NCBI GenBank assembly: GCA_051294375.1 | Contig: CM119268.1 | Coordinates: forward strand, 23,327,502-23,391,501 | Direction of reading: 5' to 3' | From: Paraspadella gotoi | Lineage: Eukaryota > Animalia > Chaetognatha | DNA: 64,000 bases | In this document: positions 39,186-49,894 of the stretch, piece after piece | How positions within the stretch are numbered: the stretch's first letter is position 1 | How the letters are laid out: every line of letters starts with the position of its first letter | Translations under genes and position numbers: made by a program | Notes under the pieces: model-generated | The model's database searches: none | The model's input: only the letters and a program-made list of their open reading frames with translations | Told to the model about the DNA's origin: nothing

Positions 39186-40291
39186 TCCATTTCTCCTCGT
39201 CCTTAGACCAGTTAGACCCTACCCGACCTTAGTTAGAATTTAGGCTTTAAACGATGAATAGCACATAAATATAGAGGGGAAATGATCTCATTTAGAGTAA
39301 TTCTCTAGGTATATATACATATGTTTGGCTTCATAAAAAAAAAAGCATAGCCGGTACATCAGACTTTAATTAATAAACTTAGCACATACTCTCGTTGTTA
39401 GTTTAAAAAAAAAAAAAAAATTTCAATATATTTGTTTGAAGCCAATCAAATTTTAAAATTTCCTTAAAACCAATTAATGGACTAATCCTAGTATACAACT
39501 AGCTTCCGATAAATCCTTCACACGCAGNNNNNNNNNNNNNNNNNNNNNNNNNATCGCTAGATGTCATCTTGAATGCTCGCGCGGTTTTTTTTTTGGGTTC
39601 AAATGAGAGACGCCGTTTATTCATTCAAGACGCGAAATTCGGTGAGAAAGAATCCTGCGTAATTGTGCTTGCTTGCTTGCTTGCTTGCTGCTCGGAAAAA
39701 GGGCCTCTGAATTTTCTACAACTGATATTTGAACTGATTTTTAAAAGATAGCTTCCACTCTTGGTCTAGTTTCGAATGGAAGCGAACCAATAATGAAAAT
39801 TGTATCCGAATAAAATATCATCTCTTTCTCTTCCTCCTCATCTTTCTTCCTCTTCCTCATCATCTCTTCCTCTTCCTCATCATCTTCTTTCCTCCTCCTC
39901 CTCCTCCTCATCTCTCCTCCTCATCATCTTCCTCCTCCTATCATCTTCTTCTCTTCCTCATATCTCTCACCATCCTCTTCCTCCTCCTCATCATCTTCTT
40001 CCTCTTCTCATCATCTTCTTCCTTTCTTCATCATCTTCTTCCTCATCATTTCCTCTTCCTCCTTTCTCCTCCTCCTTTCCTCCTCCTCCTCTCCCGCGGA
40101 TTCAGGGTCGAGCCAAGGGTTTAGGTCTTCACTCACGCTTCTTCTCTCTTTCCCTCTCCCGGTTCTTTCCTGTTCACTTTTTTTATCCCTTTTCACCATT
40201 TTCCTTACAATATACATTTCCCAATTTCCCACCATTTTTTTCTCGCCCTTACTTACTTAACCCAGTTAGACCTACTCGACCTTAGTTAGAG

Positions 40292-40323
40292 TGGCGCCAA
40301 TGTGGGGCTCGAACCACGACCCC
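40292..40323 (-). pseudogene. tRNA-Lys(CUU) 3' fragment with CCA between ~55-bp direct repeats
   Basis: TGGCGCCAATGTGGGGCTCGAACCACGACCC; repeats at ~40232-40290 and ~40325-40374. Confidence 0.8.
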
Positions 40324-41094
40324 TCCATTTCTCCTCGTCCTTAGACCAGTTAGACCTACCCGACCTTAGTTAGAATTTAGCTTTAAACGATGAATATGCC
40401 CATAATATAGAGGGGAAATGATCTCATTTAGAGTATTCTCTAGGTATATACATATTGTTGGCTTCATTAAAAAAAAAAGCATACCGGTCATAGACTTTAA
40501 TCAAATAGACATACTTCGTTTGTTTAAAAAAAAAATTGAATATATTTTTGCCAAATTATTTCCTTACAATTGACAGTATAATGCTTCGATCTCACAGAGG
40601 TTCAATATTCCTTGTCAAGTTTTGCATTCGAACGCGGTCTTCTCGTATTCCATTGTGTTACGCAATTCACTTCTATTTTCACCGTCCAATCCTGGACATC
40701 GGACGTTTTTGGCGGAATTCGCAATTGGATAATGCGGACGCTCCGGAAAATGTCAGGTACGATCAAGTTCATTATAAGATTGAAGCTAAAAACTCTCAGC
40801 TTTCAAATTTCGAGGCCGAAATGTTAAGAAGTATCAAATGTAAAAAAAAATATTCTCTTCTTTTATTCTTCACTGTTAAATGTTTTAAAGTGTTTATTTT
40901 TATGTTTTACTATATTTTATATAATACAACGTTCTGAGATGATGTAAGTGATTTTACCGACACGACGGACCGACAAAGTGAATTTTAAAGCCGAATCTAA
41001 ATAAAAAAAAATAAATTTAAAAACAAATATGCAAAGTAAACATTTGTTTACGTTTTGTGTTATTTCTTCTCAATTTTTTTCTCTCTCCCACCCT

Positions 41095-41742
41095 CTTCTG
41101 TCTAGTCAGGGGAAACCAAAGAAGTCTCAAGAGTTCTTCTTCCTTCTCTCTTCTTCTCTCTCTCCCCTCTTCCTCCTTCTTCCTCCTCTCTCCTCCAACT
41201 TTCCCTTTCTCTTTCCTCTTCTTCCCTCTCTCCTCCCCATCTTCCAGTATTCTGTATCCACCATAAGCCAAAAGTTCTTCTCCCTCCGTCATCTCCCTTC
41301 TCCTCCCTACTCTCTCCCTCTCTCTCTCTTCCTCTCTCTTTCCTCCTCTTCTCCCTCTTCCCGTTATTCGTCGTCAGCAGAGCCAGAGCTTCAAATTCTT
41401 CTCCTCGTCTCTCCGCTCCCTCTCCCTCTCTCTTCCCTCTCCCCCTCCCTCTTCCCAGTTAATGTCTGTTAAGTCAGCAGAGACAAAGAGCTCAAAAGTT
41501 CTTTCTCCCTTCCGTCTCTCCCTCCCTCTCCTCTCTCCCTCCCTCTCTTCCTCCTCCCTCTTCCAGTTATGTCTGTTAATCAGCAGAGACCAAAGAGCTC
41601 AAAGTTCTTCTCCCTCCGTCTTCCCTCTCTCCCTCCTCAGACTCTCCCTCTCTCTCTCTTCCCTCTCTTTCCTCTCTTCCTCCCCATCTTCCCAGTTAAT
41701 GTCTGTTAAGTCAGCAGAGACCAAGAAGCTCAAAAGTTCTTC
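41095..41742. repeat. Minisatellite: conserved ~50-bp block separated by variable CT-rich spacers
   Basis: CCCAGTTAATGTCTGTTAAGTCAGCAGAGACCAAA..GCTCAAAAGTTCTTC at ~41455, 41562 and 41692 plus degraded upstream copies; counterpart at ~50945-51582. Confidence 0.85.
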
Positions 41743-42051
41743 GAACTCGTGAAAGGATTTTTTTTTCTTAGCGAAGAAAAAACATTTGGAAAACGTGACC
41801 TCATGAAAGACAGGAGACAAGAGGCGAGAGCGAGAGAGAGAGAGAGAGAGAGAGAGACTGAAAACGGGGGTTTAGGGAAATAATAAAGAAAAAAAAAGAA
41901 AGTCGAGCGAACTCGGCCGGTGGTAAATGGGATCCATTATCGCCAAGAGCGTAAAAAAAGGTGAGGAGGTAAGTTAAGGTAAGTTAGAGAAAAGGGTAAT
42001 AGGAAAGAGGGTGGGAGAAATGAATACTAGTAGGAAAGAAACAAGAAAACT

Positions 42052-42087
<36 letters not shown>

Positions 42088-42248
42088 TATATATATAGAT
42101 AGATAGATAGATTACTAAGGCGGTGAGAATTAACATTTTTACAATATCAAACGATCGCAGTAAATTTATTTTGTCCATTCATAATAAAATTGGTTCATAA
42201 TGTCATTTTAAATCAATTCATTTTATTCACGAAATTTTTTTTACTGTA

Positions 42249-42454
42249 TTTTTTAAAATAGATTCTGAAGATAAAAAAAGTTAGATAAAGATTACAATTG
42301 ATTATAGATGGGTCGTCAAATTTTAAAAAAAAATCATCATTCAATAAATTTGACAGTTTTTGCTAATTATTGCCAAAAAAATAGTAAAATTTTAAAAGGT
42401 TCTAATAATAACCTTTATCTAATTTTTTAAGCTTTATCAGAATCCAATTTAAAA
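42249..42454. mobile_element. Small foldback/MITE-like element with ~43-bp imperfect terminal inverted repeats
   Basis: TTTTAAAATAGATTCTGA..AAAAAGTTAGATAAAG ... CTTTATCTAATTTTTTAAGCTTTATCAGAATCCAATTTAAAA; counterpart at 52157-52348; one arm also at ~8600-8650. Confidence 0.55.
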
Positions 42455-42844
42455 CTTTTAAATTAAAAAAAAATTGATATAATGATAAATTTGTTTCATT
42501 TAAAAAGGCGTTTAACTACTAGATAAATCTTAATTTTTAAAAAAAATTATGATCATTGTTACACGCTTTAACATTATCTATATCGGACTTCTGCTTTTTT
42601 TTTACTTTTTGAATCGATACATTGTGTATCCAAAATGAAACTTAATCAAGAATAAACAAAAATTTTCTGACCAAACTAAAAGCGTGAAACTCGACTTGTG
42701 GAATGAAATATGACCTAAAGAGGGTGAGCTAACAAGAGAGATAGAGTCGCAGAGACAGAGAGAGAGATAGAGAGAGAGACGCCCACCATTCTCTCTCTCT
42801 CCAACATGCAGTGTAGTCCGAACTTCGTCTATATTATCTTTAAA

Positions 42845-43072
42845 ATGCTTTTTCTCTTTATTCTCAGTGCAACAACGAGGGTTGCCTCCGCTTTGCCCTT
42901 TTATTTTCAGCAATTGCATCCAGCAGTTGGAGTAGGTGATGTAAGCTGCGGCATTGGCCCTAGACAGGGCTACAGCGGCGGGAGAGAAGACGGAGAGAAA
43001 GGCTGCAACATCCTTGGCAAAAGCTATAGCGACCTCAACTGTAAATCTAACCTATTATTAACATCAAACCAG
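42845..43072 (+). CDS. Secreted C-type lectin gene 1, exon 1 (copy A, intact frame)
   Basis: MLFLFILSATTRVASA-LPFYFQQLHPAVGVGDVSCGIGP...LLTSNQ: hydrophobic signal peptide with A-x-A site; ends CAG|GTTTAG (phase 0). Confidence 0.72.
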
Positions 43073-43159
43073 GTTTAGTTGACTAAGACGCGAGGGCAAC
43101 TGTGACGGTGGCACCGCCTTTGGTTAAGTGCAAAATTAATTAATTAAATTAAACTGTAG

Positions 43160-43241
43160 GGATTGTCCACATGTACATCTACAACAGCGGTAACTCAAAA
43201 ACCACCATCCACGAGCGTCATTTGGCGTTACGAAATTTTAG
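43160..43241 (+). CDS. C-type lectin gene 1, exon 2 (copy A); exon 3 is lost at the 25-N gap
   Basis: TAG|GGA TTG TCC ACA TGT..., GLSTCTSTTAVTQKPPSTSVIWRYEIL, ends TTAG|GTGAGT (phase 1). The phase fits the CTLD exon at 54816. Confidence 0.72.
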
Positions 43242-43861
43242 GTGAGTTCGTGAAAAGATTTACGTTCAGAAACAACGTCACTCATTCATCTCCAGAACTG
43301 GTTTGGCGTAATTCACTGTTGCCACNNNNNNNNNNNNNNNNNNNNNNNNNAAAAGAGAGAGATTAGTTCTCAAAATGATTAACAACAACAACAACCAACT
43401 AAAACAACAAAACAACAAAAAATCATTTTTGCAATTAGTTCTTTGCCTCTTCAAAATCAATACACAAATTAATGCGCTAATTCTAGTAGGAAATAAAAGA
43501 CAAAAAAACCATAGATTTTATTTTGTTTTCTCAGCGAATCGATTTCTCTACTTTTCCTCTGGCTTTTTTTCGTCGCCAAAAAATAATTAAAACAAAATGA
43601 CGCTGGAACTCGAGTTTTTCTTTTTTCAACTTTTTTTTCTCTTTTGCGTCGACAAATCAAATCAGTGGAGCGAAACCGAAATCCTCATTTTCTGATGAAA
43701 AGGTCGCTTTACTTACGAATTTTACTAACGAAATAAAGGCTATAGAGGGCTAATTGGTTCATTCTTTTTTTTTTTATGGCAATGGCTACTAAATTGAACT
43801 AATTATAAGGAAAATAAAAGTTAGATATTTAATCCTCAAAAGTTTTGGAAGAGCAAAGTTT

Positions 43862-44143
43862 TTTAGTCGGGCATGCATAAGTTGACCCCCGCCTATAAGC
43901 ATGACACCTACAGTTGTGACTCTATTGAGTAAAGCCATCAGCTCATGACCACTAGGTACGGGTTTCAATACCATCCGCTACCGACCCCGCTGCCGGGAAA
44001 CGTGAGGCACGTCCGTAAGCCGCCTTGGGGGCGTGGGAAAATCTCTCAGGCTGGTTCCGAGGCCCAGGCCCTTTTCATGGCTGCTAAGAGGGGAGTTAAA
44101 GAAGTTGCGATAGTACTCTTCACTGAAGCGCCTTATGGCCACA
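43862..44143 (+). mobile_element. Family 1 solo-LTR-like element, duplicate of 32417-32688
   Basis: Same flanks and internal sequence, with indel noise. Confidence 0.75.
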
Positions 44144-44897
44144 AGTTCTTTATCGTAATTTTCGTAGACAGTTATTCCAATCCATCAATCTAGAAGTAAA
44201 TAAATAAATAAAATAGATAAATAGTCAAATGAAAATTCTTTATTTAATTAATGCTGTATTCCAGGGATTCTACTCGTCTAACAGAAGCGAATCTCAACCT
44301 ACCAATTCTCCAAAACGTTCAACCTATGATCCTTAGTCAATTCGCCTTAAACTCGGAGCGAACCGCACGCCACAAAAGCCGCCGGGCCAAGCTCCTCGCT
44401 CGTTCAGCTTGATGGGATCGGATGACGCGCAGTTTTGTGGACCCGGTCGAGGCTGGCAAGTCTTCTGACCCGGACGAACGAAGCGTGGGACCGACTGCGA
44501 GCAAGATTTCGTGGGCCTGATTCCGGCCGGGAGTCAGGCGACCATTCCGCCTGTTTCGCCATCGAAATAACTTTGACGCAAACAAGTGGAGGTCGTCGCG
44601 ATGGCGTCATTTGAGAATGTGGAGGCAGCGAGAGGGGAAGTGCTTGGTGTGAGAGCAATTGTTGGGCCTGATTGGTGTAAATTGTGAGCGGAATTGTTGG
44701 TCTGATTTGATGTGAATTGAGTGGCGAATTGTTGGCCTGATTGGTGTGAAATTGTTGAGCGGAATTGTTGTCTGATTTGGTGTGAATTATTTTTCTTTCT
44801 TCTTTCAAAATAAACTACTATAAAAGGCGTTTTTTTCTTTTTTAGTTTAGCTTAGAAATTAAATCATCTCTGAGGCAAAACATTTAAGAATAATTTA

Positions 44898-45162
44898 TGT
44901 GGATAAGGCGCTACAGTGGGCTGAAGATGACTGTACGTAGTTCTATAACCCGTCTAAGCAAGCCATGGGAAACGGGTCCTAGGGCTTGGAACCAGGCTTG
45001 AGGGTTTGCCCATGACCAAGGCGGTTAGCGCGTTACGCTCCCGCAGGGTAGGTACCTAGTGGTCATGACTGATGGCTTTACTCCAATGAGCCACCGGGTT
45101 TATCACAACTGAAAAGTGTCCATGGATTTCTAGGGGGTGACCTAGGCAATGCCCGACTAACA
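44898..45162 (-). mobile_element. Family 1 solo-LTR-like element, duplicate of 37217-37500
   Basis: Same flanks; the B-box hairpin is collapsed to GGTAGGTACCTAG. Confidence 0.75.
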
Positions 45163-45232
45163 TTTTATTCATTTATTCTTCGAATTTAAAAAAAACTCAT
45201 ATAAAGACAACTATGACTTTGAAGCTTCCTTT

Positions 45233-45497
45233 TGTTTTCGGACAGTGTGGCGGTAAATTCACCACCGCCTCATGTCCTTCATCAATTCAGCCAATCCATT
45301 GGCACAGAGGGAAACAAACCATCCCAGGCGTTGTGTTCGATGCCACAGTCCTAACAACATTCGCCTCTGCGTTGAAAAAAGGCTGGACTGTCTTAGGGGA
45401 ACCGCGCCAAGTGACTGGGAAGCCCCCAAGGCGCAAACAGTGAGATGCCGCCAACCCAAATGGCCATCACAGGCTACCGCGGCTGTCTGCCATAACA
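45233..45497 (+). mobile_element. Family 2 solo-LTR-like element, duplicate of 37569-37821
   Basis: TGTTTTCGGACAG...CCATAACA, collinear with the first copy. Confidence 0.6.
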
Positions 45498-46804
45498 GTT
45501 TGAATTAATAAGTTTTACATTAAAACAAGAACAGTCCTTCCAATGTGTTGCGGCGTAGTGACTTTCCTTTAGCTTTCTTAGCCCAATGTTTATGATTTTA
45601 GGTTAATAAGTTTTCAGATTTCCTGAAGACGGCGGTCCAGTCCTTCGATTTGAGGGATTTTTCCAGTCTTACAATGAGAAATAAACTATCTTCGGCAAAT
45701 TATTAGTGTGTGTAAATGAAAAAAAGACAAAAGTAAAATAAAAACAAAAACCTTATACTAAATGCAAAGAAACAAGTGAATAAAAAATTAGAAAAGAAAA
45801 GATTTTACGCGAGAAAGAAAAAAAAACACAAGAAAAAAGATTTTTTTGGGTTGAATTTGTAGAACTCACTTTATTCTAAATGAGTTTGAGATGTTTCTTC
45901 TGTTTGAGATGTTCTTCTGTTTTGTCGACTTCCCTCTTTTTTGTTTGTTCTTCGTTTCTCTCCACCTACCGAACGAAAAAAAAAGATCTTTTGTTTCGCC
46001 TCACGTTCCTTTCATGCTAAGATGTCATCTTGAAAAATGCTCGCGGCGGTTTTTTTTTGGGTTCAAATGAGAGACGCCGTTTTATTCATTCAAGACGCGA
46101 AATTTCGGTGAGAAAAGAAATGCCTGCTGTAATTGTGCTTGCTTCTTTGCTGCTTGCTCGCTTCGGAAAAAGGGCCTCTGAATTTCTACAACTGATATTT
46201 GAACTGATTTTCTAAAAGATAGCTTCCACTCTGGTCTAGTTTTGAAATGGAAGCGGAACCAATAAATGAAAATTGTATCCGAATAAAATAATCATCTTCT
46301 TCCTCTTCCTCCTCAATCTTCTTCTCTTCCTCATCATCTGCTTCCTCTTCCTCATCATCTTCTTCCTCCTCCTCTCCTCATCATCTTTTCCTCCTCATCA
46401 TCCTCTTCCGCTGCTCCTCATCATCTTCTTCCTCTTCCTCATCATCCTACAATCCTCCTTTCCTCCTCCTCATCATCTTCTTCCCTTTCCTCATCAATGC
46501 TTTCTTCTCTTTCTCATCCATCTTCTTCCTCATCATCATCCTCTTCCTCCTCCTCCTCCATCCTCTTCCTCCTCCTGCCTCCTCCTCCCGCGGATTCAGG
46601 GTCGAGCCAAGGATTTAGGTTTTTTTCACTCACGCTTCTTCTGCTCTTTCGCCTCTCCCGGTTCTTTCTTTCCTGTTCAAGTCTTTTTATTCCTTTTTTT
46701 CACCATTTTCTACAATAAATACATTTTCCGCATTTCCCACCATTTTTTTTCTCGCCCTTACTTACTTAGACCGCCAGTTAGACCTACTCGACCTTAGTTA
46801 GATG

Positions 46805-46837
46805 TGGCGCCCAATGTGGGGCTCGAACCCACGACCC
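46805..46837 (-). pseudogene. tRNA-Lys(CUU) 3' 33-nt fragment including CCA (cleanest copy)
   Basis: TGGCGCCCAATGTGGGGCTCGAACCCACGACCC versus the complement of the conserved metazoan tRNA-Lys-CUU 3' end as I recall it (TGGCGCCCAACGTGGGGCTCGAACCCACGACCC): one CG>TG difference. Confidence 0.85.
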
Positions 46838-47379
46838 CTCCATTTCTCCTCGTCCTTTAGACCCAGTTTAGACCTACCAGACCTAAGGTTAGAATTTAGC
46901 CTTTAAAACGAATGAATATGCCCATAAATATAGAGGGGAAATGATCTCATTTAGAGTAATTCTCTAGGTATATACATATCGTTGACGTTTAGTCAAATAA
47001 CGAGGGTAAATAATAAGTGCAAAGTATTGGTTGAGAATAGTGGTTATTAATGACGGACAATGATTAGGGTGATGACCGAACAAGAAACGATGACACGATG
47101 ACAAAGGTTAAGACAAGGTGATGACAATATTAAACGATTCAATAATTATTTGAAAGAAGGTGTTTCTTTCTTGAGTTTAGGTGTAGAGGTGAATGCCTAG
47201 AGTTTTCCTAAGCATTTTGACCATCAATCCCTCCGTCGTTTCTCTGTCGGTTGCATGGTCCATTCTAAGGTTGAAGTTAAGGTCTGTGATTCGTCGGCCT
47301 TTTTGATGATTTGAAGGAGACGAGCAATCACATCACTAGGCCAACCAAGTTCCGTTTATAGTCCATTCCGTTGATGTCA

Positions 47380-47390
47380 CCCCCCTCTCT
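47380..47390 (-). promoter_or_regulatory. Polypurine tract of the LTR element
   Basis: Minus strand AGAGAGGGGGG, 3 nt upstream of the 3' LTR. Confidence 0.8.
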
Positions 47391-48239
47391 AGTCGACGAG
47401 TGGCGGTGGGTTCTTAAAAGAACACCAAGACGAAGTCTTTGCTGGTGTCCATCTACACATCTCCAGGTGTATGGAGTGCGAGTAGTCTAACAGTTCACTT
47501 GTCCTGAAAGGCATGTGTCTTACAAGTGCGGGTACAAGGAAAATGGATGGTGTATGTTTGATGGTCTTGAGAAGACAGCCAGGGGTCTTGATGAGGTGGC
47601 TCCAATTTTCAGTTCCATTAAGTTTGGGAATATTCCTTTGGCTGGTTGATGTTGATTGCTTGTAAGTGGTGCACAAATGGGTTTTGCAAATCACGAAAAG
47701 GGCCGGGTTTACAACCGTAGGTTGAATGAGTATGGTCTGGGGCATGGCTTAAAATGCTTTGGTTGGATATAAAGCTTTTTTTGTCAAATTGGGCAAAAAT
47801 CTGAAAGCAAGGAAATTAATCTTTTCTTCCTAAGGCTTTCATTGGGCATTTTTGAGTGGGCAAACTTGAGGAGTCCCTGAACTATGTTGAGAGGGGTGAA
47901 AATTTAGGTTTATTATTGTTAATGCAGCTCTCTCTACTTTTGGATTTTTGCTGTTATCTGAGATATTTTCTTTTGTTTCTTTGGCCTCATTTTTGTAAGT
48001 TGTAATTTATTGTAACATTTTGGGAATTTGCTGTTCATTCTGGTCTTTTTTCTCTTGGTATTAGCACTTAAACTTCGGTGAAAGAAAAGAGTTTTCATCG
48101 AGTGGTATGCATTAGAGGCTTTAAACCAGCCTGGATAAGTCTGGGAATTTTTTGTGCCAATTTTTCCCCCCCCTACTGGTGTGTGTCTAACTGGTTTGCG
48201 ATGCTGAATGGACATTGTTGGAGTTATTTTTTAGCTTCT

Positions 48240-49330
48240 GTTTGTGATGCAGAATTAGACCTATTTTTTTTTTTTCTTCGCAGGTGTTGTTTCTTCAAAC
48301 AGTTTGGAAGTCATAGTTGTGTTTCTGCATTTTTTTTGTAAAAGTTCTTAAAAGGTATCAGTACCGAGTATCTCTCATGGACTTTACAGAAATTTCTTGA
48401 CCGAGTCATTTTCTTCCTTGCTTGTATTCGGCTTTTTCTTCTTTCTCGTCTTTAAGTTATCTTTTTCATTGTGAACCTCAGCCTTTTTTTTCTTTTTGTT
48501 TCCTCAGTTTGTTGTTCTGTGTTCCCTAGCTCCATTGAAAGGGGGGTAGTGGAACATCTGCTTGAATTTGCTGTTTTAATCCAGTCTTTCCACTTTAATA
48601 AGATCTCTAGTGATGTCGGCATCATTGCCTTCAGGGTCTTGTATCAGGCCGATTTAAACCATGTTTTTTGGCAATTTTAATTAAACAGTTCCTTTCTTCT
48701 TGGGTGTCAGGCTGATGACTCTCGGATTTTAATCAATGACCTGGTTTCCTAATGAAGGTAAGATATTGCCTTTTGCGCCTTTTTGAAACTTTCAAATGCT
48801 TTTATCCGAATGCTTTATTGCTTCCCCAAAAAATCCTTTATGTAGATTTAGAATGTCTTGAGTATCATCCATTCCCTTTTGTAAGCAATTTAATGATTTT
48901 CTAGTTTCATATAATATTTAAATTGTTCGAGTCCCTTCTAGGTCGACAGTTTTCCAAGCCAGTGCTGGTAAGAACAGATTAGTGCTATCTCCATTATTCT
49001 TTAGGAAGGGTTGTGGCTATAAGATTTTCAATCAATCTCATATCTTGACATTGGTATAATTTTTCAAATTATTTCCAATTTTCCTTTTTTCATTCTCTTT
49101 CCACTTTGAAATCTTTATCTCTTTTTTTTTGCATTTGCTCTTCTTTTTCTCTTCTATTGTATTTTTTCTCATTTCCTCTTGTTCAATATCTTTTTCTTTT
49201 TCTTCCCTTCTCGAGATTAAGCGCTCAAATTCTGGCTTGAAAATCTTTACCATCTTCAATTTCATAAACATTTTATGTAGACATCATAATTCTTTTCTGG
49301 CCGGATTAACATAACATGTTTTCAGATTGT
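48240..49330 (-). pseudogene. Possible frameshifted gag-like coding remnant
   Basis: Lies downstream of the PBS. Charged coiled-coil-like ORF 49038-49271; short fragments KHGLNRPDTR and NFCKVH are only loosely gag-like. No RT, RNase H or integrase motifs seen. Confidence 0.35.
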
Positions 49331-49849
49331 GGAGTTTGACTTTTGATTGAAATAGGTACAATGTCCATTTTCCCAAGGTTGGGTTTTTGATTCAACTGTA
49401 AGGTCATATGAGGTACTTGGCTCCCTAAATGAAAAGTCGAGCCTCATGAGTTTAATTTATTTTTGAATTAGCTTTACTATTCCTGTGTGGCGGTCCATCA
49501 AATGTGTAGGGGCTGGAAAAATACCTATAATATAGGTCGCATCTTTTAGAAATCATTTCATCTTCATTGGCTTGTGGCGTGGGAATAGAATAAGGGTGGT
49601 GGGTTGAGTAATAAGCCTGGAGCCGCAGTTTTCAATTGACCATTTTTTTTTACTGTTCTGGCCATTTATTAGAACGATTTCAGTTTTGTTTTTGAGGGTT
49701 CGAGAGGAGAGAGAGATAGAGAGAGGAGAGAGAGATAGAAGAGAGAGAAAGATGATCGATGATCTTTTTTCGATTTTCGAGTTGACGTAATTTTTTCGAA
49801 TAGGGTAGCCGTAGTTTTCAGAGTAAGATAGCGTAGTTTTTTCCAATTA

Positions 49850-49894
49850 AGTCTCTTCGAGGCGTGGGTTTCGAATCCCCACCGCTGCAACCTA
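49850..49894 (-). promoter_or_regulatory. Primer-binding site complementary to tRNA-Leu, extended to ~45 nt
   Basis: Plus strand AGTCTCTTCGAGGCGTGGGTTTCGAATCCCCACCGCTGCAACCTA matches the variable arm, T arm, acceptor and CCA of tRNA-Leu(NAG) (AGTCTCTTCGGAGGCGTGGGTTCGAATCCCACCGCTG...ACCA) and abuts the LTR. Confidence 0.85.

Larger units (their letters stand above)
38336..40570. other. ~1.1-kb overlap duplicated across the 25-N gap at 39528-39552 (likely assembly overfill)
   Basis: ATCGCTAGATGTCATCTTGAATGCTCGCG starts at both 38336 and 39553; the copies are collinear and differ mainly by indels. Confidence 0.8.

Noticed and set aside
41095-41742. CRISPR-like repeat-spacer appearance
   Set aside because: Eukaryotic context, spacers are related CT microsatellite, no cas genes.
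42845-43241. A third, separate lectin gene
   Set aside because: Lies in the duplicated block and is truncated exactly at a 25-N gap; more parsimoniously the same gene as 53778-55141 (not proven).
46805-49894. Functional tRNA-Lys or tRNA-Leu genes
   Set aside because: Only the 3' portions are present; there is no D arm, A box or anticodon loop.
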